DNA of 64,000 nucleotides from Macrostomum lignano (lineage: Eukaryota), in assembly GCA_002269645.1 (NCBI GenBank), contig NIVC01003165.1:1-64000 (forward strand), read 5' to 3'. Below are positions 12,301 to 22,976 of the stretch, piece by piece (position 1 is the first letter of the stretch; each line of letters begins with the position of its first letter). Under the pieces are notes generated by a model. It worked only from the letters and a program-made list of their open reading frames with translations. It was not told the origin of the DNA and did not search any database. Made by a program: the position numbers and the translations under genes.

Positions 12301-13088
12301 TCCGGAGGGGGACCGCGCTGCGGACACCGGCACCACCGGAACTCCCTAAGTGACACTGCAGCACTAAGCTGCCCGTGGTCTCTAGGGGTTAACAAAATGG
12401 GAGGCAACGCATCCTCGCTGTTGCCGGACGCACGGAGCCCCCTGCAGCTGAGTCAAGTCAAGTAAGTCGAGGACCTACTCAAGTACTACGTTTGTTGGAA
12501 ATGTTTAGGAAGTAGTTTTTACTGAAAAAAAATACTGCCTGGAGGTTTTCATTTTTACAGCACAAAGTTTGTATTGCTTTTGATAGGAAGTAGACCCAGT
12601 GTTCATGTTTTGATGAATCTTGTCTTTGTTGCAGCTCTATTTGATATTCATATAGCTTTTTGTTTAGAAAATTAGGGTTAGATGCCAATTAAATATCCTA
12701 CATGCATGTCCTGTGCTTAAAATTGGTTTATGAATCTATTTTATCATTCGGTAACGGAATGAAAATAAACAGATTTAATCAGAGATTTATTTTATTGTCA
12801 ATTTTTACATGCATCTAGCATCTAACAAGGCAACGCAACGCAGCCAAGACACTTTGTGCCAGCTTCAACTTGTGCCAGGATTTGCTCACATTTTTTGGCC
12901 GAGTGATAATGATGCTTCACTCGAAGCTCTGAGACCACCCGGCCGACGCTGTCCGATGCGGAGTCCTCATCAGCTGCTGAGCTCATCTCAGATGCCGTAG
13001 ATAATCGTGCAGACGTCAGAGCTACATGTAGACAAATCAAAGCCAAACTGAAGGCACGGCAGGACTTTGTGCCAGATATTGGGCTCAT
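9322..13088 (-). CDS. ACE-like peptidase M2, tandem copy 2, multi-exon
   Basis: Signal exon 12890-13088 with the same phase-1 GTGAG donor as copy 1; exons near 11945-12110, 11490-11640, 11150-11400, 10340-11040 ([14 protein letters not shown]), 9890-10135, 9610-9730 and 9322-9525. Confidence 0.9.
12222..12466 (+). mobile_element. 5'-truncated non-LTR retrotransposon 3' end in intron 1 of ACE copy 2
   Basis: 8-bp TSD TCGAGGAC (12214-12221 and 12467-12474); (AGTCA)n-like tail; residual frame [11 protein letters not shown] resembles a LINE ORF2 C-terminus. Confidence 0.7.
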
Positions 13089-13639
13089 TTTGTGCCAGTC
13101 GATCTGAATTTGCCTGCAGCTGCACTCGGACTCGGCTCTGCCAGATAGCTCGGCACGTTTTTAGCAGCAACTCTGAGTTCATTTCTTTTATGCAGTGCTC
13201 ATTCAGACACGACGATACCAAGAAAAGAGTTCGGCATATTCAATTTGATGCCTGGCCATTGTCTATGCAGTGTACACCCGCATCTCTGTGCTGGAGCTTG
13301 CTAGAGAGCAGTTTTCGCATTCACTACAGCAAGCCTTCTTTAGTGTCGATCTTGGCTCATATTGCTGAGTCAGTGCGAGTGTGCCTTCTGTAGAGATCTC
13401 CAAATACAGTACAAAGTAAACTACTATAAGTAGCAACGTAAAGATGCGAAAAACTTAAATGCTAAAAAGTGCAAATTGTCACACTCTATTTTTAAGACCA
13501 CGAAAGCAACAAATGACCATCTTTTGCAACATTTAAATTTAGAACTACTGATGGGTTTCGACCTTCCGGCCCCCTTGTGGGGAAGCCTTCGGGCCTCAGT
13601 TCTCAGAAATAAATCAATTAGAGTCCTGGCCCCCCACTG

Positions 13640-16520
13640 CTGTCAGATGGTCAGCCCCATGGTAGCTTGATCGTGTGGCGAGCAGTCTAGGTCCTATAGC
13701 TAAGAGAGGGACAGCGAGAGACGAGCAGGGAGAATTTTGAAAGTAGAAATTAGCTAATCCGCAGATCAACTATTGATAACTTGCTGCCACCAGCCCGTGC
13801 GCCCTGGCTCACCACACCGGGACTCTCGAAATTGGGCTTCCGACTAGAGGGGGCTTTGCCAGAGGGGGCTTACCTGCCAACTAGTGTCTTTTTGCTGTCA
13901 ATCTCGAAGTCATAGCCGATGATAAGGGACACTGCTGGGACTAGATCGCATTGGCCATGCAGGTACAGAGGGGACTTGTGCAGGGGATTCTTGCAGTGGC
14001 GAGACTATGGGGTAGCTACATGTACTATCACATTGCTAAATACGAAGAATTGTACTTTTGGCCTTCAACGCGCCAACCAGCCTCTCCTAGCGCTGATGAT
14101 AGGCTAACTCGAACATCAGAGACCGCATGATTCATCACCCGAGCCGCTTGGCGAACCTAGAGTGCACAAAGTACATCTCTGGCGCCGATTCTGCACTACT
14201 GGCAATTTTGCTCACTGATTTGATAGATTGATTGACTGAGAACTGCCTTGCCATTGGTCCACTGTGACCGGCGCCTACTAGCTTAGCTACTCATCTGAGC
14301 CATCGGCGAACAAAGAAATAAAACCGATAAAAATAACTGTTAGATTTAACCTTCTCCTTAGATCACTTCACACTTCAGATTGAATTGGAGTCTCAGACTA
14401 CTAGCAGTATTATTGAATGATTTCTGCCTCAGCAACAGCACTACTGAACAAAATGAGCAAAAGTGTGCGCTTAATCCAGCTACTGAAACAGGGGACAGAT
14501 AAGGGATCACCCAATCAAGCAAGTCTAGATAGCCTCTCACCCAACCAATCAGAAACTCAACAGCCGGAGACCAGGAAATCCACAGTGACCGAATCGGCTT
14601 AGTGCTTCGCAGCTGTAGACTCGGGATGATGCTGTCACAATCTTCGCTGATAGCTAGCAGGTGATGATCTTAACTTTGATGTTCGCTGCTGATGACCGGG
14701 GGACTCGTCCTTGATGATGAGGGGGAAGTCGCAATCCGGGGATCAAGAAACGACGGTCGGGCTCCGGGAACCAGATATGTCGGTAAGGTTCCTCCGGTTC
14801 CTCCGGGAGAGCCGGTTGAGGTCCGAGCGGGCCAAAAACACCGGTTTAAATAGCCGCCAACTGGACCACAGTTTGTTATAATGGAACACGTCGATTCTGA
14901 TTGGCTGAGCCGTTTTGTTAAAATGAAGCTTGTTGCTACCCAGAATCACGTGACCGGGAGGTCCTATCAGTTCCCACAGGGTCGTAAAAAGATGACAGGT
15001 GCGGCCATAAATCAATCAAAATCGCAACAAAATGATTTATGACTTTTCGCGTAGGATTGACAGAAATTAATGAAAATATATACATTAGAAAGCTCTTATT
15101 AAATAGAAAGTGAAGATAATGAAGAGAAATCACTAATCGCTAATCCCAAAGTACTTTTGGGGGTAAAACGCATAGCTGTCAAAGCTGTCACACGCTTGAG
15201 TGAACCCGAACAATAGGCTCTGACCTCATAAATCTTGATGGCCTGTCAAAATGATGAGAAAAAAGCTACCGCCCGCATCCTCTCAGACCATCTGGCGCCA
15301 GCCTCAACACTGAGTGAGGCGCAGGTGGCTGTCAGACAAACTTTGAAAGCGATGATTTACGACCCAAAAAGCTGCGCCTATGTTACTATGACTACTAGTA
15401 TGACCAGACATTATATCTAGTATAGATTCTATGACAATTCGCAGAAAAAGAATAAAAATGCCCTTAGCCTGCTGTCAGTAGGCTAGTAGATTTAGAGCCC
15501 CTGTGCTAGCGCGGGATTTGGGAAAAAGTGCGTCCTCATCACTACGAATATGGTATTGATGCTCAAATCTAATGTATTCCATAGGGGTCAAATTTCCAAA
15601 ACGCAAAACTGTCACTTCCTAAAAATAATCTGTTTAAACTTTCCTATAAATACAAGCCAAAATCCGAGCTAAAAATCTCAGACTCGGAGCAGCCTCAAAA
15701 CATCTTGGGCTTACTGCAGAAGCTACTCGAGGCTACGTCTCTGAGGAAGAAGTAAACCAATTGGTGAGCCTTTGTTCGAGCCTTTGTTATTGAATTGATT
15801 TTGAGAGCGATTTTATTGCCGGTCGTTGTTGATCAGTTGATTTTACTGAGACTATTGAATTTGAGGCCTCCCTTTTCCTAAGGGATTGGATAGGATCTGC
15901 GGACCGATTCCGATACCCTTAGAAGATTATCGAGTTGATTGATTTTGGTTATCCTAGATTAACCGATAGGAGCACATCACTCCGATTCCGTTATTTCTAG
16001 AAGAAGACGCCCTTCCTGGAGGACCTCGTTATTATTGCAGAAAGTTGATTTTGTTATTAAGGGCGCATTGTTGATATTGATCATTGAACTAAGGCCTAAA
16101 TTGATTTTGCATTCGAGACACACTGCGACGTCGCCAGATTTGATTGTTACGCTCTCACTTTCGGCCGATTCTAGACTTCAAGAAGATTCCTCCGGAGAAG
16201 AAGAAGATTTGAAAAGGCGAACCCTACATACGCGAGCAACAGAGAAGAAGAAACAAGGGACGAGCTCGGAGAACCTGCCCTACGAAGAAGAGGAGCCCGC
16301 AACCGTAAGTGAACACTGATTTTGTTCCCAGGCTTAGGGTCTGGAAGTGGCAGTTCGGGCGTTTAGACACTAGACCTAATTCTCTCTCTCTGTTCTCTTT
16401 CTCTCTCCTTTCCCCTCTCTCTCTCTCTCTAGTGTGCTAAAGCGAACTCTTCACTTCTGTCTCTCATCAAATTGTGCAGGATTGTTAGCATGCTTTTTCA
16501 CGTATAGTAAATAGAATTCA
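13640..16520. mobile_element. Probable LTR-retrotransposon-derived non-coding block (boundaries unresolved)
   Basis: No credible ORF. Contains GCTGCCACCAGCCCG (13783-13797), also found in the Gypsy A LTR; TATA-like boxes at about 14846 (minus) and 15644 (plus); CT tract at 16378-16430. No TSD found. Confidence 0.4.
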
Positions 16521-16738
16521 CAGTATTTCTTTTTTATTTAGCCCACCGCATGTAACAGTGTACGCGCTGTATGCCAAATTGCGAAACATCAATTCCAACT
16601 GCTATATACATGTAATATTTTCCAGGGGCTGTCGCCATGAATTTAATGATGGGGGGACAAAAAGCCAAGAATTCTACATGTAAATAACAATTAAATTCCC
16701 ACATGTACACTATTTTGAGAACCGGTGTTGTTAGCACT

Positions 16739-17058
16739 CATTTTGGCGCCGCAGACAGGCGCTCATTTAGCCATTTAGCACCGCAGGCACTCGATCATTT
16801 TGGCGCCGCAGACAGGCGCTCATTTAGCCATTTAGCACCGCAGGCACTCGATCATTTTGGCGCCGCAGACAGGCGCTCATTTAGCCATTTAGCACCGCAG
16901 GCACTCGATCATTTTGGCGCCGCAGACAGGCGCTCATTTAGTCATTTAGCACCGCAGGCACTCGATCATTTTGGCGCCGCAGACAGGCACTCATTTAGTC
17001 ATTTAGCACCGCAGGCACTCGATCATTTTGGCGCCGCAGACAGGCGCTCATTTACCCA
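16739..17058. repeat. 57-bp minisatellite (about 5.6 copies here, resuming at 25751-25790 after Gypsy B)
   Basis: Unit CATTTTGGCGCCGCAGACAGGCGCTCATTTAGCCATTTAGCACCGCAGGCACTCGAT. Confidence 0.95.
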
Positions 17059-17769
17059 TGAACACGCGTGGTACCTGCGGTTTAGGCTACTGGTTTATTC
17101 TGGTTTTCTATTATTACTTCTGTTATTATGTACTCTAATTTGGTAGGTTGCTGCCACCAGACTAATGTCCCTTATAATAATAGTTTTAGATTAAAATAAG
17201 TGAGACAAGAGTCGACTTCATGGAAGATTATTGGAATAAACAAACAAAAGAAAATGATATTATTGAACCAAATATGCAAAGATTTAAGCACTATTATTAC
17301 TATGTTATTAGAACCGGTAGACTCCTGGTTCCTTTCCCTTACTTCTATCTAACTGACTGTACTAATTCCTATTCTCGGTAGACTCCGTTTTGACTAAGCG
17401 GTAGACTCCTCTTAGCCTCCCTATTTTACCCCGATCTTACCTTTTATACTTTCTTATATATATTCTTTTTATTTTATAAAGGGGAGACTCCCTTAGTCTG
17501 GCTTATTTGAGACTTAGATCTCTTACAAACGTTGTCCAATGGACGGTCCTGAACAGGATGCTTTTCCCGAGGCCAAACAGCCTTTTACTAATAGAGAAAC
17601 CCGCTAAGACTCGAATTCCCATAGCTTCAGATATTTTCCCGAAGGTGAACTACTAATAGTAGCGTAAAAGCAAAACTGCTTATTCTCGAATTCATGCTAC
17701 TAAAATAATTCATCCCGACGAATGGCAAACGCCTTAGCAAAACTGCTTGAACTAAACCCCCCTACTACA
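17059..17769 (-). repeat. 3' LTR of Gypsy B
   Basis: 711 bp; by eye it differs from the 5' LTR at one position (T at 17467 versus G); minus-strand AATAAA at 17094-17099; TATA-like sequence at 17455-17480. Confidence 0.95.
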
Positions 17770-17790
17770 CTTACCCCCCACTAAAAAAAA
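17770..17790 (-). promoter_or_regulatory. Polypurine tract of Gypsy B
   Basis: Minus strand T-run then AGTGGGGGGTAAG, immediately before the TGTAG LTR start. Confidence 0.7.
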
Positions 17791-18355
17791 AGTGCAAACC
17801 CCTTTGCATATTTAGTTATTATCGGGTTTATTTCAAGTAAAGTGATGCAGACAATATTAGTTTCGTTGAGTAATGGCATGCGAGCGATATTAATTGAGCA
17901 TGATTAATGGATTACAAGTAAGAATGAGCATTAATAATTGAGCAATGATAGCATGGTTAATGAAGCGAGCAATAATAATTGAGTAATACATAGCAATATT
18001 AATTGAGCAATAATGTTGAGCAGTGAGCAATAGTAATAATAATTGAGCAATACATAACAATATTAATTGAGCAATAAATTTTGAGTAATGATTAATAACC
18101 AGTAAGGGTTGAAGAGCATGATTAATATTAAGCAAATACTAAACATATAGGCTTACTTTCCTGAATAATGTCGATATGTAAATATATATGTAAGGCAAAG
18201 AAGCGGTGCAGTAATTTTGAGAAAAAATAAAATAAATGGCACTATGGCACTGTGTAAAAAAATGCATACAACATCGAAGAAGAAGAAAAAATTAAAGCTT
18301 GTTTAATTGTGTAGAAAAAGGTTAATAAAGCTGAAATGTTAATCCTTGTCTATTA

Positions 18356-19192
18356 TTAGAGTTGCCCTATCGGTCGGCAAGTTGGCGCGCGCTGAGAGCA
18401 CTGGTAAAGGAGGCCAGTCGCTGGGGTTCGCCTGTCCTTTGGGTCGAATAATTCGACCATGGCCCGGAGATGCTCACTTACTTGGAAGGGCGACAATGGT
18501 CCCCTAGCCCTATCCTCAGCATATTGGAGGGCGTACGTGCAGGCGACTTCCATACACTGGACTTTCTGCTCAGCGGTGGCCTGGGCCAGAAATCGAGTAC
18601 ACTCTGGCGGCACCGCCGGGTCGTAGTGGCCAGTGCTGCCTGTTCTTAGCAGCCACTTTTTGAGCGCCTTGGTACTCTTCCTGAAACTTCGTGGGCTTGC
18701 TCCTGGCTGCTCGTTGCTTTCAGCAAGGTCTTGTGGCTGCGGTGTGTCGGCCCTGAAGAAGATAGCTACATCGACCGGAGTCTCATTAGTCGTCGGCCTC
18801 GCCTCCGGCGCTTCCTTAGGTTCCGGCATTTCTTGCGGTTCCGATACTTCTGCTGGGGCGTCGTTCTTCGGGCTGAGCTCTTCCTCGAGTTCAGGTAATT
18901 CTACTCCCAGTAGAGCTGCCATGAATTCCTCCTGTTCTCGCCGCACCTCCTCATCATGCCTTCTCGTTGCCTCCTCCAGGTCTACTCCATTCAGATCTAC
19001 AACCAACTCTCCAGCCTCTTTATCCTTGTCCACTTCCTCTCGCTGCTGAACTTCTATGGGCTTCTCAGTTGCTTCTCTTGCTCGTACCGATCGTACTTGT
19101 GGCTGTTCGTTTTCATCGGGGCTACTTCTTCTTCTTTTCTTTCCCGAGTAAATTGTCTTGACTGGGTATACCCGCTCCGGGGCGTCAGCCAT
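18356..19192 (-). CDS. Additional ORF3 of Gypsy B, 278 aa, unknown function
   Basis: ATG lies 4 nt after the pol TAG. Basic KKRRR patch, long acidic region, Cys/aromatic C-terminal part; no signal peptide or TM helix. Confidence 0.7.
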   Translation of the reverse strand: MADAPERVYPVKTIYSGKKRRRSSPDENEQPQVRSVRAREATEKPIEVQQREEVDKDKEAGELVVDLNGVDLEEATRRHDEEVRREQEEFMAALLGVELPELEEELSPKNDAPAEVSEPQEMPEPKEAPEARPTTNETPVDVAIFFRADTPQPQDLAESNEQPGASPRSFRKSTKALKKWLLRTGSTGHYDPAVPPECTRFLAQATAEQKVQCMEVACTYALQYAEDRARGPLSPFQVSEHLRAMVELFDPKDRRTPATGLLYQCSQRAPTCRPIGQL

Positions 19193-19196
19193 AATG

Positions 19197-22100
19197 CTAT
19201 TCGAGCTGGAAGAGCAGGTAGGGGTTAAACAACTCCGTTACCTTTTGCACATAGCTCTTCCGGCCTGGGTCTATCGCTAATCTACTCGGCTCCCGTCTAT
19301 CTCTAACTGGTCTAGTTTCGATTGCTGGCTGCTCATTATTATTTTGCACTGGTAGATTATCTTCTTGTACTGGCATAACCTGCACTGGCATATCCTGCAC
19401 TGATACTGGAACATTATTCTGACTCTGCACTGGCACAAACTGCACTTCATCTTCATGTTCACTCTCACTGTCGTCTGCTTCGTACATCGGATTAAGCGGC
19501 ACATTTTCTCGAAGTTTCGGTCGCCTGGCACAACTGCTTTCTGGCTTTTCTTCCTCACTAACGTAATCGGCTGTTGGTACGGGTAGTAAATTATCCCTAT
19601 GCATGACTAATTCCTCTTTTCTAGCCTTAGTACTTTTGTTTAATAATCTAATCCTGTAAACTACTTCTGATAACTGTTCTATGACCTCGTAGACTGCTCT
19701 TCTCTTCCTGTGGAACTTGTTGGCTTCTGTCTGTGTGATGACTGGGTTGTTAATGAAAACTAAGCTCCCTATAGGTAAGTCTGGTTGTTTAGGTTTGTTA
19801 GAATAGTGCTGCTCACGCTTACGTTGTATTAATTTGAGCCGCTGTTTGGCGAGTTCTTGCCCCTCTTGCAGGTGAGTCAAGTGCTCTTGAACATAAGCAG
19901 GCAGATCGGCGAACGCCTTTGGCTGCTGGAACACATTGTCACTCGGCATCCGGGCCTCTCTTCCAAACACAAGATAATGCGGGCTGAAACCTGTGGCTGT
20001 ATGCGTGCTGGTGCGCAATGCAGTTATACAACCGGGCAATAGAACATCCCAGTTCGCATGTTCTTTCTCGAGCAAACAGGTAAGAATTGACTTAATTTGT
20101 TTGTTTAAATTTTCTACTAGCCCATTGCTTTGTGGATGATAGCTTGTTGTCCTAGTGTGCCTAATCCCATAGAGGTCTAGAAACTTCCTAAATGCTCTCC
20201 CTGTAAATTGTGTTCCCTGATCTGTGTGAATCCACTGAGGTATTCCAAAGTCGGCGAAAACTCGCTCCTGCAGAATTTTAATTACTGTCTTAGCCTTCTG
20301 ATTTTTAATTGCAAACGCAAACGGAAATTTGCTAGTGCTGTCAATAACTGACAAGACATATTTGTTACCAGATTTGCTAGTCTGACTGATCGGACCTATC
20401 AAATCAATGTGAAGGCGTGAGAATGGCTCGACAATAGGAAAATTCTGCACTGGTGCCTTGCATCGCTTTCTTGATTTACTTTCTAAACAGGATTTGCACT
20501 TGGCGACGTACTTTTCGACTGCTGTAGCTAATCCTACTCTCCAAAATCTTTCTTTAATTTGCTGATAAGTTTTGTCTCTTCCTAGATGACCTGCTAACGG
20601 TGAATCGTGGAATTCGTGAAAAACTTCACCATCCAAAGACTTGGGCAACACCACTTTAGATTCGGTCCGCCCTAAATTTAAGTCTATTCGGAGAACACCG
20701 TCTTCTATCCTGAAGAGTTCATAATAGCCTAGCAGATTTCTAATCTCGTGAGACAATTCTAGTCTTTCTTGAAAGTTCGGTTTCGGCAAGTCAGATTCAA
20801 TCAGATTCCTGACATAGCTTAGTGCGGGGTCGGCTAGCTGAGCTGCGACCAATTTTTCGCGACGCACAGGGCTACGAAGGTAATCACTCAGCAGTGCATT
20901 GCAAACAAGCGGGTGCCTTTCCTTAGGCTCCTGTTCTTGCCTTTTGCTTAGCAACCTGCTACTAAAACTCGGAGTATTGTGTCGGTTCGGCGCCATATTC
21001 TGCGGCGAACAGCATGACGTAACTCCACTGTGCAGACTACAGGTTTCGGCTTGCGCGGAATTGCCTGAGCTCACAGTAACAGCTGATGCTGGGTCTGTGT
21101 TCACAGTTGCCCTACAGCTAAGCGACCTGGCATATGGGGATGACTCATCCTGTTGAGGATCCGGGATCCTGGATAGAGCATCAGCATTCACATGCTTAGG
21201 GCCACTTCTATGCTCAATCTCAAAATCAAATTCACTAAGTCTCTCGATCCAACGACCTAAAATGCCTGTCTGTTCGGTCTGGCGAAGCAACCAGGTTAGG
21301 GCATTGTGATCAGTGCGCACCTTAAAACGTTTCCCTACGAGGTAAAACCTGAAGTACTTCAGCGAGTCAACAATCGCTAGAAGCTCCTTCCTCGTAATCG
21401 GATATCTACTTTCTGACTGCCTCATTTTTCGACTATAATACGCGATCGGTCTCTCAACTCCGTCGCTCTGTACTTGATTTAAGACCGCCCCAATTCTGAC
21501 ATCTGATGCATCAGTGTCTAACACAAAATAAACTTGGGGGTCCGTATTAAACTCTGGGTAAGCAAGCACTTCTTCGGAACACATCCGTTCCTTCAACAGC
21601 TCGAAGCATTCATCATGAATCCTGGTCCATTTGTCCTGGATACACTTGATGTTCTTCTTCGTTAGCTCACAGAGTGGTGCTGCTACCTCGGCAAAATCTC
21701 TAACGAACTTTCGATAATAATTACAGAGTCCGAGAAAACTTCGAAGCTCTGTCACAGATTTAGGTTTCGGCCAGTTCCTAATCGCTTCTAACTTTGATGC
21801 ATCTCTCTTAATTCCTGATTTGCCTATGACGTGTCCTAGATATTGCAGTTCTGATTTGAAAAGGTGACATTTCTTCGCTTTTAGTTTCATATTAGCTTGG
21901 ATTAGTCTTTTGAGCACTTCTTTCAGGTGTTCTAAGTGAGATTCAAAGTCTGTACTATAAACTATTACATCGTCTAAGTAAGCTATGGCGAACTTCTGTG
22001 CAATGTCCTTAAGAACTAAGTTCATGCACCTTTGGAAAGTTCCTGGAGCTCCTTGCAATCCCATTGGCAAAACTTCGTACTCAAACGAGCCTCGATGTAA

Positions 22101-22976
22101 AGTTGGAAAACTAGTCTTGCACTTATCTTCTTCCCTAAGAGCTATCTGATAATATCCCGAAAATAGATCTAACGTAGAAAATTGACTGGCCCCATGGAGA
22201 CATGAGAATGTTTCATTAATATTAGTTATTGGATACGGAAAGTACTCCGATTTGTTGTTTAGTGCTCGATAGTCGTTAACTAATCTCAGCGAACCATCTT
22301 TCTTAGGTACTATGACTAATGGAGTCGAGTACTGCGAGTAACTAGGCCTAATGATGCCTCTAGCCAACATGAGATCTAACTGCTCATCTACCTCCTTGAT
22401 CCAATGAGGTGGAATCTTTCTAGCTGGTATCTGAACTGGGTTGTTGTCCTTCAAGATAATCTCATGTGTGACTAAATGCGTTCTGCCTAAGTCTAACTCG
22501 TGCTGCGAGAAAGCTGCTGAATGCTCCTGGACGACTTCGATCACCTTCTGTCTCTGCTCCTGAGTCAGTTCAGTTCCTATGTTAATCTCACTAATCCAGT
22601 CTTCTGACTTGTCTTGAACCTGTCTGATGTTTTCGCAAAACTGCGTGTTCTTATTCTGGCATAACTGCTCTTTCTCTGGTTGATCCTTAAGATAGTTTAA
22701 TTCACTAGCTAAAAGTGGCTTAGCCATTCCTACTAGTGCTGCTGCTGGCACTCTAGCTTCCTGTGAGCTGGTGTTAATCACTTCTAGATACGCTTCTCCT
22801 TGCCTTAGAGTTACTAAGCTTGGTACTACAGTTACCTTCTCTGCTCTAGTCTTCAATCCTGATCTGAGTGGCTCAACAACTGACGGCACTCCGAAATTGG
22901 ATTCGCTACCTGTGGCTAATCTAACTTTGACTAATCCTGAACTATTAGCTGGAACGGGTCGTCTTTTCTGCAACAT
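19197..22976 (-). CDS. pol: Pol RT-RNase H-integrase of Gypsy B (1259 aa open)
   Basis: RT YLDD; RH LDTDASD; IN HHCC (HDSPLAGH..CKSC) and D,D35E (HIDLIG, HTDQG, GLVEN); no chromodomain recognised. Confidence 0.95.
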   Translation of the reverse strand: MLQKRRPVPANSSGLVKVRLATGSESNFGVPSVVEPLRSGLKTRAEKVTVVPSLVTLRQGEAYLEVINTSSQEARVPAAALVGMAKPLLASELNYLKDQPEKEQLCQNKNTQFCENIRQVQDKSEDWISEINIGTELTQEQRQKVIEVVQEHSAAFSQHELDLGRTHLVTHEIILKDNNPVQIPARKIPPHWIKEVDEQLDLMLARGIIRPSYSQYSTPLVIVPKKDGSLRLVNDYRALNNKSEYFPYPITNINETFSCLHGASQFSTLDLFSGYYQIALREEDKCKTSFPTLHRGSFEYEVLPMGLQGAPGTFQRCMNLVLKDIAQKFAIAYLDDVIVYSTDFESHLEHLKEVLKRLIQANMKLKAKKCHLFKSELQYLGHVIGKSGIKRDASKLEAIRNWPKPKSVTELRSFLGLCNYYRKFVRDFAEVAAPLCELTKKNIKCIQDKWTRIHDECFELLKERMCSEEVLAYPEFNTDPQVYFVLDTDASDVRIGAVLNQVQSDGVERPIAYYSRKMRQSESRYPITRKELLAIVDSLKYFRFYLVGKRFKVRTDHNALTWLLRQTEQTGILGRWIERLSEFDFEIEHRSGPKHVNADALSRIPDPQQDESSPYARSLSCRATVNTDPASAVTVSSGNSAQAETCSLHSGVTSCCSPQNMAPNRHNTPSFSSRLLSKRQEQEPKERHPLVCNALLSDYLRSPVRREKLVAAQLADPALSYVRNLIESDLPKPNFQERLELSHEIRNLLGYYELFRIEDGVLRIDLNLGRTESKVVLPKSLDGEVFHEFHDSPLAGHLGRDKTYQQIKERFWRVGLATAVEKYVAKCKSCLESKSRKRCKAPVQNFPIVEPFSRLHIDLIGPISQTSKSGNKYVLSVIDSTSKFPFAFAIKNQKAKTVIKILQERVFADFGIPQWIHTDQGTQFTGRAFRKFLDLYGIRHTRTTSYHPQSNGLVENLNKQIKSILTCLLEKEHANWDVLLPGCITALRTSTHTATGFSPHYLVFGREARMPSDNVFQQPKAFADLPAYVQEHLTHLQEGQELAKQRLKLIQRKREQHYSNKPKQPDLPIGSLVFINNPVITQTEANKFHRKRRAVYEVIEQLSEVVYRIRLLNKSTKARKEELVMHRDNLLPVPTADYVSEEEKPESSCARRPKLRENVPLNPMYEADDSESEHEDEVQFVPVQSQNNVPVSVQDMPVQVMPVQEDNLPVQNNNEQPAIETRPVRDRREPSRLAIDPGRKSYVQKVTELFNPYLLFQLE

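Noticed and set aside
12303-12320. GGAGGGGGACCGC shared with 47498-47512
   Set aside because: The copies are in opposite functional orientation and different regions (3' UTR versus 5' UTR) of unrelated elements; a short G-rich match, likely chance.
16703-17146. CRISPR-like or coding interpretation of the 57-, 28- and 42-bp arrays
   Set aside because: Units are contiguous with no unique spacers, no cas genes are present, and the context is eukaryotic. The repeat ORFs follow from unit lengths divisible by 3.
18356-19192. env gene
   Set aside because: No signal peptide, furin/fusion region or TM anchor is visible.
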